Assembly (NCBI GenBank): GCA_011389965.1
Contig: JAABTF010000004.1
Coordinates: forward strand, 9,739 to 73,738
Length of the DNA stretch: 64,000 bases
Reading direction: 5' to 3'
Source of the DNA: Halothiobacillus sp.
Lineage (GTDB): Bacteria > Pseudomonadota > Gammaproteobacteria > Halothiobacillales > Halothiobacillaceae
Position 1 is the stretch's first letter; each line of letters opens with the position of its first letter. Position numbers and translations under genes: made by a program. The notes under the pieces are model-generated. The model saw nothing but the letters and a program-made list of their open reading frames with translations. It had not been told where the DNA came from and ran no database searches. Positions 62,318-64,000 of the stretch are shown one piece after another.

Positions 62318-63352
62318 GTGCCCATGGACCTCTATTCCCTGCTTCGCCCCCTGCTGTTTCGTCTCGACCCGGAAACCGCCCACCGGCTGACCCTGGGCCT
62401 GCTCGACATGGCGGCACGCACGCCTTGGTGCCGCCTGCACGGCCGCAGCGTGCCGGACGACCCCACCACGGTGATGGGACTCGATTTCCCCAACCGGGTG
62501 GGACTGGCCGCCGGTCTGGACAAGAACGCCGCCCATGTGAACGGCCTGGCCTGTCTGGGTTTCGGCTTTCTGGAGGTGGGCACCATCACCCCGCGCGCTC
62601 AGCCGGGCAATCCCGCCCCCCGGATGTTTCGCCTGCCGGATGCCGAGGCCTTGATCAATCGCATGGGCTTCAACAATGACGGCTTGCATTCGGCGCTGGA
62701 GAATCTCGTCGGCTACAAGCGCGCGGTGCCCTTGGGCATCAACCTGGGGAAGAACTTCGACACACCGATCGAGGCGGCCCTCGACGACTACCGGGCTGGC
62801 CTGGCCGGCGTCTATGACTTGGCCGACTACGTCACCATCAACATCTCTTCGCCCAACACCGCCAACCTGCGCAACCTGCAGGGCGGCGCGGCGTTCACTG
62901 GGTTGCTGGCCGGCCTGACCGAGGAGCGCGCCCGCCTGCGGGACAAGACCGGCCGGCATGTCCCGCTGGCGATCAAGATCGCCCCGGACATCGAACCCGA
63001 GGAATTCCCCGCGCTGACCGACGCGCTGGTGTCCCACGAGATCGACGCGGTCATCGCCACCAACACCACCATCGGACGGCCCCTGGTCTCGGGACTGCCG
63101 CATGCCGAGGAGGCGGGGGGATTGAGCGGCCGGCCGGTGCGTCAGCGCTCCACCGAGGTGATCACCCAACTGCGCGAGGCGCTGCCGGCCGATTTTCCCA
63201 TCATCGGGGTGGGCGGCATCGATTCCGGTGAAGCAGCGCTGGAGAAGATCCAAGCCGGGGCCGACCTGGTTCAGGTCTACACAGGGCTGATTTATCGCGG
63301 CCCCAACCTGATCAAAGAAATCTCGCGGGTCTTGGCGGAATCTGAACTTTAG
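62318..63352 (+). CDS. pyrD: quinone-dependent dihydroorotate dehydrogenase
   Basis: LDPETAH, GLAAGLDKN, QPGNP.PR.FR, NRMGFNN, NISSPNT and GGLSG. Start may be ATG 62324. Confidence 0.96.
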   Translation: MPMDLYSLLRPLLFRLDPETAHRLTLGLLDMAARTPWCRLHGRSVPDDPTTVMGLDFPNRVGLAAGLDKNAAHVNGLACLGFGFLEVGTITPRAQPGNPAPRMFRLPDAEALINRMGFNNDGLHSALENLVGYKRAVPLGINLGKNFDTPIEAALDDYRAGLAGVYDLADYVTINISSPNTANLRNLQGGAAFTGLLAGLTEERARLRDKTGRHVPLAIKIAPDIEPEEFPALTDALVSHEIDAVIATNTTIGRPLVSGLPHAEEAGGLSGRPVRQRSTEVITQLREALPADFPIIGVGGIDSGEAALEKIQAGADLVQVYTGLIYRGPNLIKEISRVLAESEL

Positions 63353-63561
63353 CAACGGTTGGGGTGCGGACCGTCTTCGAAAAGAAAAAGCGATACAACC
63401 CAATATCCCACCAGAACGGTTCGAAATGGCCGCACGACACTGCGCTGGTGGCAACGGTCATGGCAAGTACATTACCGTCAATATCGAGCGGCGAGACGGT
63501 ATGAACCCATCATTTGCGCCGCCAGGCGCCACCCCAAACCCAGCCGACCAAGAGCGCGGGT

Positions 63562-64000
63562 TCACGCGCTCTTCCGATCCGCACAGATCGGACAATCGGG
63601 GTCTTGGCGGTAGCGCACCGTTCGCCATTCGGCATCCTTGAGATCGAACAGAGCCAGCCGGCCCACCAGCGGGCGGCCCACCCCGGCGATCACCTTGATC
63701 GCCTCGGCGGCCTGCAGGCTGCCGATCATGCCCACCAAGGGTGAGAGCACCCCCGTCTCGGCACATCGCAGGGCATCCTCGCCCTCCTCGCGATACAGGC
63801 AGCGATAACAAGGCGCATCCGGCTCCCGGGAATCGAACACCGTCACCTGACCGGCCCACTGAATGGCCGCGCCGGACACGAGCGGCACCCGGTGGCGGCA
63901 ACAGGCGGCATTCAGTGCAAAGCGCAGCGTGAAGTTGTCCGAGCAATCGAGCACCAGGTCGACCGCGGCCACAGCGGCATCCAGCCGTTCGCCCTCGAGC
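63562..64000 (-). CDS. moeB: MoeB/ThiF family adenylyltransferase (3' part; runs off the window)
   Basis: DLVLDCSDNF..R, PCYRC, CAETGVL.P..G.IG..QA.E and C-terminal CPIC. Could be thiF. Confidence 0.85.
   Translation of the reverse strand, partial: LEGERLDAAVAAVDLVLDCSDNFTLRFALNAACCRHRVPLVSGAAIQWAGQVTVFDSREPDAPCYRCLYREEGEDALRCAETGVLSPLVGMIGSLQAAEAIKVIAGVGRPLVGRLALFDLKDAEWRTVRYRQDPDCPICADRKSA

Noticed and set aside
63353-63561. 6S RNA or tRNA
   Set aside because: The size is similar to 6S, but the conserved 6S motifs and the usual zapA-ygfA context are absent; GGTTCGAA at ~63418 has no cloverleaf.

Overview
A GC-rich (roughly 65% by eye) gammaproteobacterial chromosome segment, mostly core metabolism. 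Acidic proteins, a BCCT transporter and exported rhodanese/DsrE proteins suggest a halophilic sulfur oxidiser (Halothiobacillaceae/Guyparkeria-like; inference only). In order it carries purB, an HDOD protein, fluC-queG, tsaB, gnd-zwf-pgi, ppc, a divergent glycogen cluster (glgC-GH57-malQ and glgB-glgA-DUF1631-PilZ), purL-DMT-rep, an RND pump, a UDP-sugar epimerase/DUF294 nucleotidyltransferase/DEDDh exonuclease unit, nrdAB, a low-GC DUF4393-like pseudogene, a ~0.9 kb non-coding palindrome/REP mosaic, a CAP lipoprotein, a BCCT transporter, an orphan binding protein coupled to a diguanylate cyclase, rhodanese, ugd, yjgA, tspO, truD, pyrC, a Tat-DsrE protein, an ArnT-like transferase, a 269-bp CTAG-flanked MITE, pyrD and a partial moeB/thiF gene. 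I saw no tRNA, rRNA, CRISPR array or transposase. Most notable: (1) NrdB has the class Ic (Mn/Fe, no tyrosyl radical) signature Glu139/Phe177; (2) the DUF294 nucleotidyltransferase plus exonuclease pair may be a reversible nucleotidylation switch; (3) the nested inverted-repeat/REP element at ~45984-46850; (4) an IS5-like MITE between divergent genes; (5) a PilZ receptor in the glycogen operon and a two-tier periplasmic sensor for a diguanylate cyclase. All family assignments come from motif recognition by eye, not from database searches.
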